64,000 nucleotides of DNA from Phoronis australis (Eukaryota; Animalia; Phoronida). The DNA lies in NCBI GenBank assembly GCA_002633005.1, contig NMRA01000542.1:62001-126000 (forward strand), given 5' to 3'. The notes under the pieces were generated by a model. It worked only from the letters and a program-made list of their open reading frames with translations. It was not told where the DNA came from and did no database searches. Shown piece after piece: positions 36,101 through 47,678 of the stretch. Numbering within the stretch: the first letter of the stretch is position 1; each line of letters opens with the position of its first letter. The position numbers were made by a program, and so were the translations under genes.

Positions 36101-39100
36101 TATGCCAACCTCAGCTAGCCGTATAACTTTCAAAAAGGAGAATTCAGTCGAATGCGACGGGGTACCCAAGTGATAACACTACCGTAGTGTTGATATAAAC
36201 ATCACGACTCGGTAGACCATGAGTTGAGATTGACATTTGCGTACTTTTGAGACGTGTTAGCTGTCTGAAGCCATTGGTGTTATTGTTGAACTTCGCACAT
36301 GCGTAGATAATTCGTGAATAAGAAAATACCACAGGTCAGTGTTCCGGGTGGTTAAATGGGTGAGACAACTTCGGTATCGAATGATTCCGACAATGAGAAT
36401 AAAGGCGAAGAACGCAAATCTGGTCGACAGCGTTCAGGAGAATGAACAATTTATTCTGATCGAAAAATCCGGTGTCATTGTCAACCACTAGGCCCTACTA
36501 TGAGTAAGACGCACAGTTTTGCAATTGGTTTCTTGTGACGTATTGAGAAATCACGAGGCAAATTTCCAGCGAGATTTGAAAATTTTGATAGTCATAAATC
36601 GCTGCTAAATTTTGACTATCACGCCGTCCGAAATGCAGTAAACAGTTAGCTTCTACATTTTAACCTCAAAGTGACAATTATGATAATTATGATAATTATG
36701 ACAATTATGATCGTGCAATCACTAGTGGCAGTTTTAAACGTTCCCAAAAATGCATAATTTCGATCCTTTAAGGCCACGGCATTTTGGAATGATGTATTCA
36801 TGTAGCTTCTTTGTTGGCAGCACCTTTGGAGTTGTGATAGTTAAACACGAATACTGAGGAGAGAGATGTGCGAAAATTATGAAAATACCCCCGGTGGGTG
36901 ATAGAGCGATAAGTGCGAGACAGTTTTCATACATTAGGGTCTATAAACAGTGGTGGTCCAAATAGCTTTGGTAATTTTAAAATAAATCCATAATTTGTAA
37001 AACGGTTACCACGAAATCGACTTTTGGACTTTACCTAACATATTCGTTTTCACGTCAGTTTAAATCAGCTTATGGACAACACACAAAACGCATTCTAGTG
37101 TTTCTTATCAATTTTAATCACGAGTAAGAACAACTTACTCCCACTTCATGACGTAGTTATGTTATGTTCGTAACTTATGCAGATCTGATATGCACTGGCG
37201 GCCACTCGCCTCATGTGAGTTGAGCGATGTCGCCGGTGCTTTCATACATGTATGAACTAGTCAAACCACGTTCCGCCCTGCACCGGTATGAGTTATCGAC
37301 ATATCAAGTAACGAAATATTTCTGCTCATTAATTTATTGTAATAAAACAATTAGATTACACGCTGCAAATGGACACATGACCATGTCGCTCTCGTACGTT
37401 ATAGGAGAAAAACTGTGGCATGCCAGGTTTTACCGCCAGAACGTGCGTCTCCATCTCCGCTGGAACACGTAATGAACGGGTTGATAGTCGCTTTATGGTA
37501 ACTACAGGTGGCCCGTTAGTTGTGATTTTTAATTACGGAGAGTCTGCTACTATACTCTCGGGAAACCGAGTTAATCTGGACGTTGACGAGTTTCGAATAG
37601 TTCGCAGAATCTACATGTAGACAGGTATGGGTTTTTAATTTACGACTTACTGATGGAACTCATCGTGCCGCTGTTGCTAAATCTCAACGACAAAAATTGC
37701 TTTTTACTTCTTAACCACCTGATTAACTCTGGCTTGAAGTTGAAATTGGTGATGTACAGGACAAGACGGTGAGTTCGTACACAGTACATAACGTATGTTT
37801 CTGCACAGAGCTCAGTGTAGACAGTCTAGAGCAGATGAGACAAACATCTGTTAAACACCTACGTGACTATATATTGTGTCGGATTGCAACAATTTGAATA
37901 TAAATCCAAAAGTACGCATGAACCTCTAATCTTTCGTTGCATTGCCATTCACATGAACATTGTCTTAGAGTTGTTTATTTAACCAATCACGCTACATGAA
38001 TCGAGTATAAATTTCAAAGTTTACTAGAGGTGTGTCATTGGACAAATTTTGAGTCAAGTTGCATACGCAAAACGTAGAGAGAGTGGTGTACGGAGATGAA
38101 GTATTATCCCACGAGTCATAATTCCGCGTGTCGACTGACACCGAATTTATCCCATACGCTTCGAATTCTTAAGTTTCTATCATTTTTCGGCAGATTTTTT
38201 AAATACTTCACCCAGACTGTTCACGTGGCGGATCACATCTTATATGTATGTAGGACTATTTGCGCGTTAGGTTACAAGTTTTCTCTAGTAAAATAAACAT
38301 GTAACGTAACGATTTATTACTTGAAAAGAGATAACAAAGACGAAAACAACGGTAATTGTGCAACGAACTTGTAACATTTCCTGAAAATAATTAAGTAACA
38401 ACAATATTTAACATTGTAGTTACGGAGGAATCGGCGCCTGAGTTGTAGACGACAGAGGTGTTATATAATTAACAAATTTATACCAGATGTTACGTTTGGT
38501 ACCTGATTGCATGTTGAGTGTTATTTATACTGGTGCAATTTTATTACTTTAAATTTTTTTAAAGAAAGTTTGATGATCGAACTGGCTAACGACGTCGAGT
38601 CGACATTGACCTACCATTTGAACTTTCCATGTCACAGGGCACTGTTAAAGTAGTCCCGGGAGTGCATATACGGAAAACAATATCACATGGCCGTATTGCA
38701 CTCAACTTATTCAACTCGTATGGAATGAGGAGACTAGACCCCGCGCCCTAAACTCCAACTTTTGCCTTGCGTAATAAATGGATGATTGATCATTGATATA
38801 ATAAAAGTATTTTTGACTTTTGTCCTTTTAAGTGACACAATCAGTTTTGTGACAGAAAATCACATTTTGAGGCCTTATATACTGACATTTTGAAGTTATT
38901 AGCTTTGAACAAAGTTAAAAAACATCAAATCTGTTTTGTATTTTTGTAACTTTGTAATAAAATTGCTGGTCTTTAAGAAAGTCTTCCAGTCAAAGTTACT
39001 TGACATCGAGGCGATATCCTAAATCCCGTCAGCTGATTCGTTGATGGGTACCGATAAAATGTCCAAAATAACATTCCGGGAAAAACGAGCTAGCAACTAG

Positions 39101-40204
39101 AAAGGCCGTGGTGTAACAGTCGGGCAGCCAGGTTGAGGGTCATTGTGGTTGCAGATTTTGTGAAAATAGAAGCCATGAAAACACGTGTACGTAAGAAAAT
39201 TGAAGTATTTTGAAGAAATGACTCCGAAAAAATTGTTGAAGTGTGGTCTGAGATAAATTTGTGTAATTCTGTTGAACTTTGTTGTCGCCTATTATGCCAC
39301 TTTAAGTCTGATGCTCCATCGTCTGTCCGAGATAATAAGTTTGGATTTAGTTCAATTGACGTCATAAAACAGATCTCAATTAATTTCTTAAACAGGTTTA
39401 AAGATATTTCTGGACTTGGAGACTAACGATCAGCTAGTCGGTTGAAGATAACTTATTGAACATATCTGAAGCACCAACGAACTACCATTTCTTCTCAAGA
39501 ACACTGGTGATACGGTCAAGGAACAGTTTAACACCAATTTAAGAACGGGTTCAACAAGATAACTGTCAATCGTAGCAAACGGGACGACTTATGCGAAGCG
39601 AGTTTTACTACGTCTTAATATCTTTTGATGCGAGAGCAAGTACGTGCTTGATTTTCGAAATGATTGTGCGTACTTTGAAGGTTGGTGAGTGAACTGTTAT
39701 GTTTCCGTGACAATTTTTAAGAAAAAACGTAGTTTCGACACGACGAATAAAAACATTGAAATATTGACAGTGATTGTTCTTTTTGTATAAAAACATTGAT
39801 TCCCCACAAGTCTCTCGGAGATCTTTGGTACCAGCAAAATGTAAAAAACGGAACAGTATTCATGCCCATTGTTGGGTTCAAAAGTTGCCAAAGCATCGTT
39901 CGGAGAGTTATGAAAACTTAAATTTTGCAAACTACTAATGTCGCATTGTGTTGCTGTGGGGTCTGTTTCTTAAAAAACGGTTTGAGACATGCACTGTAGA
40001 ACAGCAACTTGGTCTTCCGCTCCCAATTCACAATTACCGAATAACGGTTTAATCAGGAAATTCTGAGTACAGAACAGGCCAGAGATAATTCATAAAAATT
40101 ATCTCAGCAACTGACAGTTCGGCAAAAAAACAACGGTGGTTTTGGTCTTTACCCTGATTAAGAGACTTGCGCTCAATGACCAATTTCATTTGAGCCGCGG
40201 CACC

Positions 40205-42662
40205 CAGCCTCGTCCCCTAGCCTCAAGATGGCGCTGATCGCCGGTTCAGCCATTTTGAGACTTGGGCTAGTGGAAATTGTTAATTTCATAAATGCTTGTA
40301 AAGCATGACATGAAATTTGGATTTAATGAGTAAGAACGAAGTAGTAATACTAACTACAATCTGCGGCGCCAGAATGCTTCCGCGATAGTCATTCAAAGAC
40401 AGAAATTGCGCACGCATCCTTCGACTGGTGCGCAAGCATTCTGGTGAGCAGAATGCAATTATTAAAACTATCGGTAGGCCTACTTCCGTTTTTGTGAAAT
40501 GAAATTGTTAATTTCATAAATGCTTGTCAGGCATGGCATGAAATTTTGATTTCATGAGTAAGAACGAGTCGGAGAACTCCTGAATAGAGGCTGTGCTACC
40601 ACTGTCACCCTGATCAGTCACAGGCCTCAGTCAGTGCATGGGCGCTGGGTTCTCGACGGGAACCACCGTCAACAGACTGAATGTCGGAGTCTGATCACAG
40701 GCCCACAACGTCATCTGGGTCTGCGCCCTGATCATGCGTGGACATTGAAGGGGATTCACTACAACCAGACCCAACGCCGTGTGCGGATAGATAGTTGTGC
40801 CAGGCACGGATAAATCGTCACCTAGTGTCAGCATCAAATACACTTGCGTTCCGCTTCACTAGCTGCCACAATGACCCCACAAAGGTGGGTGGATGAATTT
40901 AGAATAGGAATTTTAGGATTTCAATTCCAGACAAATATGTTGACATCTGTTTGGAAAATATTCGGCAAACTGAAGAAGGATGTGTGCGCAATTTCCGTTT
41001 TTGAATGATTAGTGCGCAGGCATTCTGGCGCCCGGAATGCAATTATTATAACTACTTCTGTTCTTACGAAGTGAAATCAATGTGACGGAATTCTGCACAT
41101 TTTTACGGAAATCGTAATAAAAAGTTATGTCAACTTTAATTATTGTAATTTGCCCGGGGTACGCCACGAGCTATGTTGCAGAGTAAAACAAGAGGAGGAT
41201 TGCGAATAAAGTCATTTATTATGACGTAAATAGATAAAATTAACTAAGACTCTGTAAGATGGGCATGGACAAAACGCCCACCGGCGTGTACAATGAATAG
41301 CCATGAAAGAGGGAACAAAACAAAAGAACTGCCTGAAGGGCTTAAAGGAAAAGTACAGAACATGAACACAAAAATTGAAAACACCTAACAGGAAATGTAT
41401 ATGAGAAAAGAGAAAGTGGAACCGATACCCGGGATGGGGGGTGGGGAAAAATGCAGAGAACGAACGTAGGTCTTGTAGACGACGAGGTAGGTGGCTGAAT
41501 GAGAGAGACCACGTTGAACTGAACAAAGGAAATATGGATGACCAATCAGGTGTCGCGTAGAGAAATGTATGAATACAAAAGTAGGCCATTGAGGCTATAA
41601 ATAGAGATGAGTAATACAAAATAAACCCTAAGGGTTGGTATCAAATAAAGAGACAAATGTCAAAATAATGACGATAAATGCATTTAACAAGTTAAATTTA
41701 ATTTATCGTAGTCTAATTTGCCCTGGGGTACGCCACGAGCTATGTTGCAGAGTAAAACAAGAGGAGGATTGCGAATAATGTCATTTATTATGACGTAAAT
41801 ACTTTAAAAATTTCTGCAGTATAATACAAAAATCAAAACTAACGGTATATATATGCAGCAATTCAGATCTAAATTATTGCAAAAATGATGTATTTTAATT
41901 CGGAAACATTAATTTCAATGGTATTATCAATAAAAGAGAATCGAAAATAAGTACACGAACAACCTTTATTTCAAACAATAACCAAAACAATGCCTTCTGC
42001 TTCAAGAATGGCAACAAGAATCATTGCGTAGAATGTGTTTACCCTAACCAAGGGTCAAAGGCCACAGTAGAGGCCTGCGTAGCTCCCCCTCAAATGAAGA
42101 AAATGGGGTGGGTCGAGTTTGGCAGCAGTTTTGTGCTCTTGTCTACTAGGATACGGAAGTTCCGCCATTTTGAGAGCACATTTCTTTTGAGTTTGGAATT
42201 CTTGACGTGAATCTAGATACTCTTCAGAGAAGTGGAAATTGTCAAAAGTCTGGTTGTTAATGACATATTTTAACCTAAATTTTTGGAATCTAGAGTGAAC
42301 GAGCGTTCGAATGATGGTCTCATTTCTTGCACCTGGGCAGTAATGAATTTGCGATTTTAGTTAAAATTGGCCAAATTCGCACTTTTTGGTTATTTTTGGC
42401 ATCTCGATTTTTATTCACGGTGGATGTAGCCAGGTAAAAGGACATGGCTTTGTTGAATTTCTCCATTTTTTAGAAACTCCATAGAGTGTACTTTCTGCCA
42501 GTTATGCCTTTTTCCAAGTGTCAGCGAAAGTTGTGCAAACAAGAGTTTTGATTAACCCAGACCAGTGATAAGGTCAAAATCAGCCATTGGCACTGTGTTT
42601 TTGGTCCAAGCCTCAAATGGCTAAACCGATCAGCGCCATCTTGAGGCTTGGGGACGAGGCTG
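40205..42662. mobile_element. ~2.46-kb non-autonomous TIR element (CAG...CTG ends; Academ-like by inference)
   Basis: cagcctcgtcccctagcctcaagatggcgctgatcg..agccatt..gag mirrors ctcaaatggctaaaccgatcagcgccatcttgaggcttggggacgaggctg; flanks ccgcggcacc / ccgcggctca (8/10). Confidence 0.8.
41146..41801. repeat. ~87-bp near-identical direct repeats about 568 bp apart
   Basis: taatttgccc..ggggtacgccacgagctatgttgcagagtaaaacaagaggaggattgcgaataa.gtcatttattatgacgtaaata at 41146-41232 and 41714-41801. Confidence 0.9.
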
Positions 42663-43827
42663 CCGCGGCTCAGTGTTTGTGAAAAGTTGCACGAAGGCAC
42701 GAGCAACGTTTGAAAGTCAGTGATTTGCCAAGCGATGTATGAAACAATCCCACGTCATTTTGCTCGTCTCATCTGGATTTTATTTTTTGAGAAAGTGAGA
42801 AACTAAAAACAAGTCGCCAGTGACCCGAATTTCAAAATAGACCAGAACCATCTACGTCATTTTAGTCTGATATATGTTTATTCTCAGAGACTTTACAGAG
42901 TAATGCAACGAATGAAGAGTTGTCAACGTATTTTGGGAGCCACTGACCGGTTGTTCGAAACAGACCCAATAGGGACTCAACTATGTTCCCCAAATTTCTA
43001 GTACAAACTTTGTGGAAACACGGATTTCCCTTTTTCCATTATTTTTCGTTGCTACGTCAAGTTTAAGCTTTGATTCACAATGATGCTCTGCGGTGAATAT
43101 TATTAAAAGTAAACAGGAATCTTTTGGTTGTTATTTATTTTTATAGAACTAGACTCCGTTTTCACATATATTATTACAAAAAAATATTCCATGTATTTGT
43201 TCTCAGAAAGATATGTTTGATTCCACCGAGGCATTTCAGTCTCATTAAACCAATTTCACAAAAATCCTTACTGTGGTAGGATTCTTTTTCCCTTACCAAC
43301 CAGAACATCGAAACCATGAAGGATACAAGAAAACGATTCATTTTACTGGGGTTCTCAACCCCGAAATCGAAAATGGCGCATGGGCATGTAAGCAATGGTT
43401 GTGACTTGAGTTGGTGAGGCGGGAAACATAATGATTACGGCAAGGAATATTATAATATGAGGCCGAGTTTATGAGAGTAGAAAGACAAATTCAGTTTTCG
43501 TTTCTTAGCCAGAGCTAAACAGTGCGGAATGCAGCTTTAAGACTTAGTAAATCACCTCTCCCATGGTTCAGCACACCCTTGTTTTAGAAATGGTCCGATT
43601 GGCAGTTGTCTGGTTGTACCGTGTAAATGGTCGAAATCAATAATAGGTTTTAGTCAGAATTCGAGCACATACTGGCGTATGGCAGGTTTAAATATTTGGC
43701 GATTTTGATTAGAATGACAAAATTCTAAACTTGGCAGCTGTTTAAGTGCTGGACAATTCGATGCAGTTTGTTTATATCAAAGTAGTGCTCTCCTGGAGCC
43801 TGTTTCATGGAAAATGACTTAAAATTT

Positions 43828-44028
43828 AAGTCACAAATTTGGTCCCGCGCTCCACGTCACAATTACTGAATAAAGGTTTACTCAAGTAATTATGAGAGCA
43901 TCAAAATCTAGAAATAATTTAGAGAAATTATCTCATTAACTGGCCAGACACCTTGCATTTTTGGTCAAATGTGACTTAAATATTTTTAATAAATAATTGT
44001 GCGGAGCGTAAGACCAAATTTGTGACTT
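43828..44028. mobile_element. MITE-like inverted repeat
   Basis: aagtcacaaatttggtcccgcgctcc..cacaatta vs taattgtgcggagcgtaagaccaaatttgtgactt. Confidence 0.65.
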
Positions 44029-44046
44029 GAGTCCTAAGACTACATG

Positions 44047-44337
44047 TATAGTCGTAGGCATAGAGCTGCACCTCGCCTGTTAAGATGACTAAGACTATAG
44101 TCGTAGGCATAGAGCTGCACCTCGCCTGTTAAGAAGACTAAGACTATAGTCGTAGGCATAGAGCTGCACCTCGCCTGTTAAGCTGACTAAGACTATAGTC
44201 GTAGGCATAGAGCTGCACTTCGCCTGTTAAGATGACTAAGACTATAGTCGTAGGCATAGAGCTGCACCTCGCCTGTTAAGATGACTAAGACTATAGTCGT
44301 AGGCATAGAGCTGCACCTCGCCTGTTAAGATGACTAA
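44047..44337. repeat. 49-bp minisatellite, six copies
   Basis: Unit tatagtcgtaggcatagagctgcacctcgcctgttaagatgactaagac; copies differ by at most single bases. Confidence 0.96.
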
Positions 44338-46750
44338 AATCGAAAATAGAATTATATACTCTTATAAGATCGGTCTCAAAAATATCCTTACCATGGCAGA
44401 ACTTGTTGTCTGTTACCACGAAAACCATGCAGACTCTCAACGGGTCACGAAATGCGCAGCATAATTGTTGATTTCTCTGGTGTTGCATGACCTACCCTGA
44501 AATTCAAAAATGACGCACATGGAATTTCGTTCACGGCATTGAGTGTAGAAAAGCTTACATTAGAAATTTTGGCTTGCAATAATGTTAATACTCATTCTAT
44601 TGCAGTGTCATTTTCTCAATCACGTTGTTCTGGACTGTCTCAACTACTACCGACGGTACCACTTTTTCAAAAATCTGCTCTCGCCCGCAGCGGCCCTGTA
44701 AGACATTTTATCGTTACATTTAGCCGGCACGGATCATTAGTCCCTTACTGTTAATCAATGGTGAAAAATGATTCTCAAAATACAAGACCCTTGTAAGGCC
44801 TTTCACTGTACAGTGTGCATTGGTCTACCGGGGTGTGCAATGGGTTGGAGTAAATGTGAAAGTGGAAACTGATATTCAAAGCTATTAGCTGAAGCTGGAA
44901 ACAAAAATTAACTATTTTGTTTTACTGCTAAGAGACGTGTTGAGCGTCTGCCGTAGATTGTCTAAGCCTGATATCTCTGGCGCAGTGCCAAATAACACTT
45001 CCTTTTAAATCTTATATCCTTCGTTGTAAGAGACCAAGAAAAAGACAGAGGTTACAGTCTTAGTCTGTGATAACTTTAAGGATGGTTGTACAACAATGGC
45101 TTTCGCAAATGCAAATACACATCTGCGTAATAGAAAGTTTGGAGTATATGTATGCATAGGACTAAAAACTAGTGACTTGGCATGTTGAGTGATCTTGGTC
45201 AAGTATTAAAATATAATTGTCTTGCAATCCGCAAAATATAAAACTGGGACCCAGATACCATAAAGGTGCTGGTTTCTGCCTTTATTTTTTACAAGTTTGT
45301 TTACACGTGGGTCTGAAGCTAAATGGAGTGACTACAAAGATGTGAAAAAGAAATTCCAATCTTATGTGTTTGTATTAGTATTAAATGCCTCTGGCCCAAA
45401 GGACTATGAACATAAATTAAACAGGCACATTTGCACACACAGTCAATCCATTTAGAGTTGTTGTCTTCTTTTAAGGGCAGAATATACATATTTAATAACA
45501 GATATATCTTGATTACCTTGCACGTGTATACATTTTTCTTGAGTTGGGTGCTTCCATTGATTTTCTTTCATAAAACGTGACCTAAGGTCATAATATTCTT
45601 TGCAAATCAGCAGGAATGATAATCATCGTCTACAAGACCATCATTGCAAATCAAACATAACCTATTGTAATATTTTACTTTCTCGTGCTTACCCACTACC
45701 ACTTGTAATCTATGGTTGGATCAAAGTAACCGAGTGAACGCTTGATTAAGACTAGGAGGTAGCGATAACTTAATATATGGCTAAAAAAAGAGTACGGAGT
45801 CTTAAAATTGCCGTAGTTTTTAAGTTTTGCATTATGCATAATGCCAAAAGAAATTTCTCCCACTTGGATGCCGTATTGGCGCACACCAGTTCTTTGGGCC
45901 TTTCGAATGCAGCGGTTTCCTGAAGTCACGTCTGACGCTATAGTATCTATATTACTTGTCCCTCATACCTTGGTTTCATTGGTACCCGTAGATTTCAACG
46001 CCATAATACCCGCAGTGGTTCTTCATCATTTTATAGATTTCTAAGACGTCCTGTACATGTAGTTCTATAATCTTTTCAACCGCCCTCATGCGAAAGATTC
46101 GGCCAGAGCTCTTCTTTACAATGGTGTGGTGTTTAGCAATGGAACAACAAATCAAATCATTTTCATGAGAAATAGAATCTCTCTCAAAGTTCTGCACCAA
46201 ATGTAAGCAATTTTTATTTCATAAATTTGCAAACGACGACTCTTACGCCTTGTTATATTTCTAAAACATCACATCTCTATGTACATCTTTTATCTATTTT
46301 TAAATGTTATAGACACCTTCCCTGGACACGTCCTCTTCATATTTGTTTATTCGTCTAATTAATTGTTTTGTTTATTAATTTACATATCAATATAAGTATT
46401 CATTTATGCGTCTATTTATTATTAAACTAAATATTTTGGCATTAGACTTCCTATGTGGGACGGACCAAGTCGGAAATAAATTATTACTTTTTCGTGTCAT
46501 CATGTTCATCATTGTCCTGTTTTAGTTTTTTCTTGTACCTTGGCGTTATTTGTAATCCTTACGTTTATTCTATATCGCTATCCATCTTTGTCAGTCTTTG
46601 TGCGGTGTTGTGGTATTTTTGTTATATTGATGTTCAGTCGATGTTAAATCAATTAATCTACCAATCAATCAAATAATCAATACCGTAATAAGAGTACATA
46701 TAACTCTTTGTAACAGTGAAAGGGTAGCCGTCGTGTTCTCATATAGCTGC

Positions 46751-46813
46751 CGAAAACGCTTAGCAACGACCTTGGTTCGTCGAAAACGCTTAGCAACGAC
46801 CTTGGTTCGTCGA
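46751..46813. repeat. 30-bp tandem duplication
   Basis: cgaaaacgcttagcaacgaccttggttcgt x2. Confidence 0.9.
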
Positions 46814-47088
46814 CGTTATGACCTATAGCATGAGCCGACTATAAGTCGAGGAAAAACCAATGAAAACATGCCAAACTTTTTCCCAATCGCAGGAAGAAAC
46901 TTGGCGAAAAATGGCTAATGCGTACATGCAGGTCAGACAGAGACGGGGAGAAGGGAATCAAATCAATTTCGAAAGATTATGGTGCTTTCCCATTGAGGAA
47001 ACTTCGGTTTACCGAAGCTCCTCCGAAACTTCGCTTACCTTTCCTACTAGGAGTTATCGCTAGATGGCGATTCAGTCTACTTACGAGT

Positions 47089-47678
47089 CTCGCTGGTTCC
47101 CTGCGTACCGCTAGGTGGGGCGGTAGCCGCGCCAGCACGCAGGTATCACTTAAATTTCCTCTGTAAATTTTTTTACACCGGCGTTTCTGATTGGCTAGTC
47201 GATTCGTCAACAGGCAGCGCTTTGCGCAAACAAACTGGCATGGCTGATGGACTGAAGTGTAAATGTGGTCTGTTGTACAGACAAATCGGTGCTTAAAATT
47301 TATGTTCAGGAAATGTGAAGCCTAGAAATTGTGACTGAGCCTTTTCGGAATGCATCTTTCTACTGTCGATGACTTTTGTTTACGATAATGTCCTTATACA
47401 CTATGAATAACACACCGGTTAAATCGGCCACATAATGTGTGTTTATTGTGCATGTATGTGTTTCAAGCACGCGGCTATTAAACATCACTGCAGAAACGAA
47501 ATAGTTGCTGCGACGCCACTTGCATGACAAGGCTAAAAATCGTTCACAGTCCGCCATTTTTTCAAGGTGTTGTAAAGCTAACCAATGACTGCCAAGATTA
47601 CATCGACCAATGCTAAAGCGCGTGCCACTGCGTGATACCTGCGTGCTGGCTGGGCTAAGCACGCAGGGAACCAGCGAG
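47089..47678. mobile_element. 590-bp TIR element with 9-bp target-site duplication
   Basis: Bipartite TIR ctcgctggttccctgcgt...gccagcacgcaggtatcac vs gtgatacctgcgtgctggc...acgcagggaaccagcgag; flanks cttacgagt (47080-47088) and cttatgagt (47679-47687). Confidence 0.88.

Noticed and set aside
41212-41619. 135-aa hydrophobic ORF as a membrane protein
   Set aside because: Phe/Ser/Leu richness follows from the pyrimidine-rich minus strand of a purine-skewed insert inside a repeat.
44047-44337. Regular short repeats (also 6074, 12094, 60059, 63133) as a CRISPR-like array
   Set aside because: Units are head-to-tail with no unique spacers, there are no cas-like ORFs, and the context is a spliced animal genome.
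45696-46200. Minus-strand ORFs 45976-46200 and 45696-45929 as a decayed gene
   Set aside because: Somewhat protein-like composition but no motif I recognise and no convincing splice structure; would need BLASTX.
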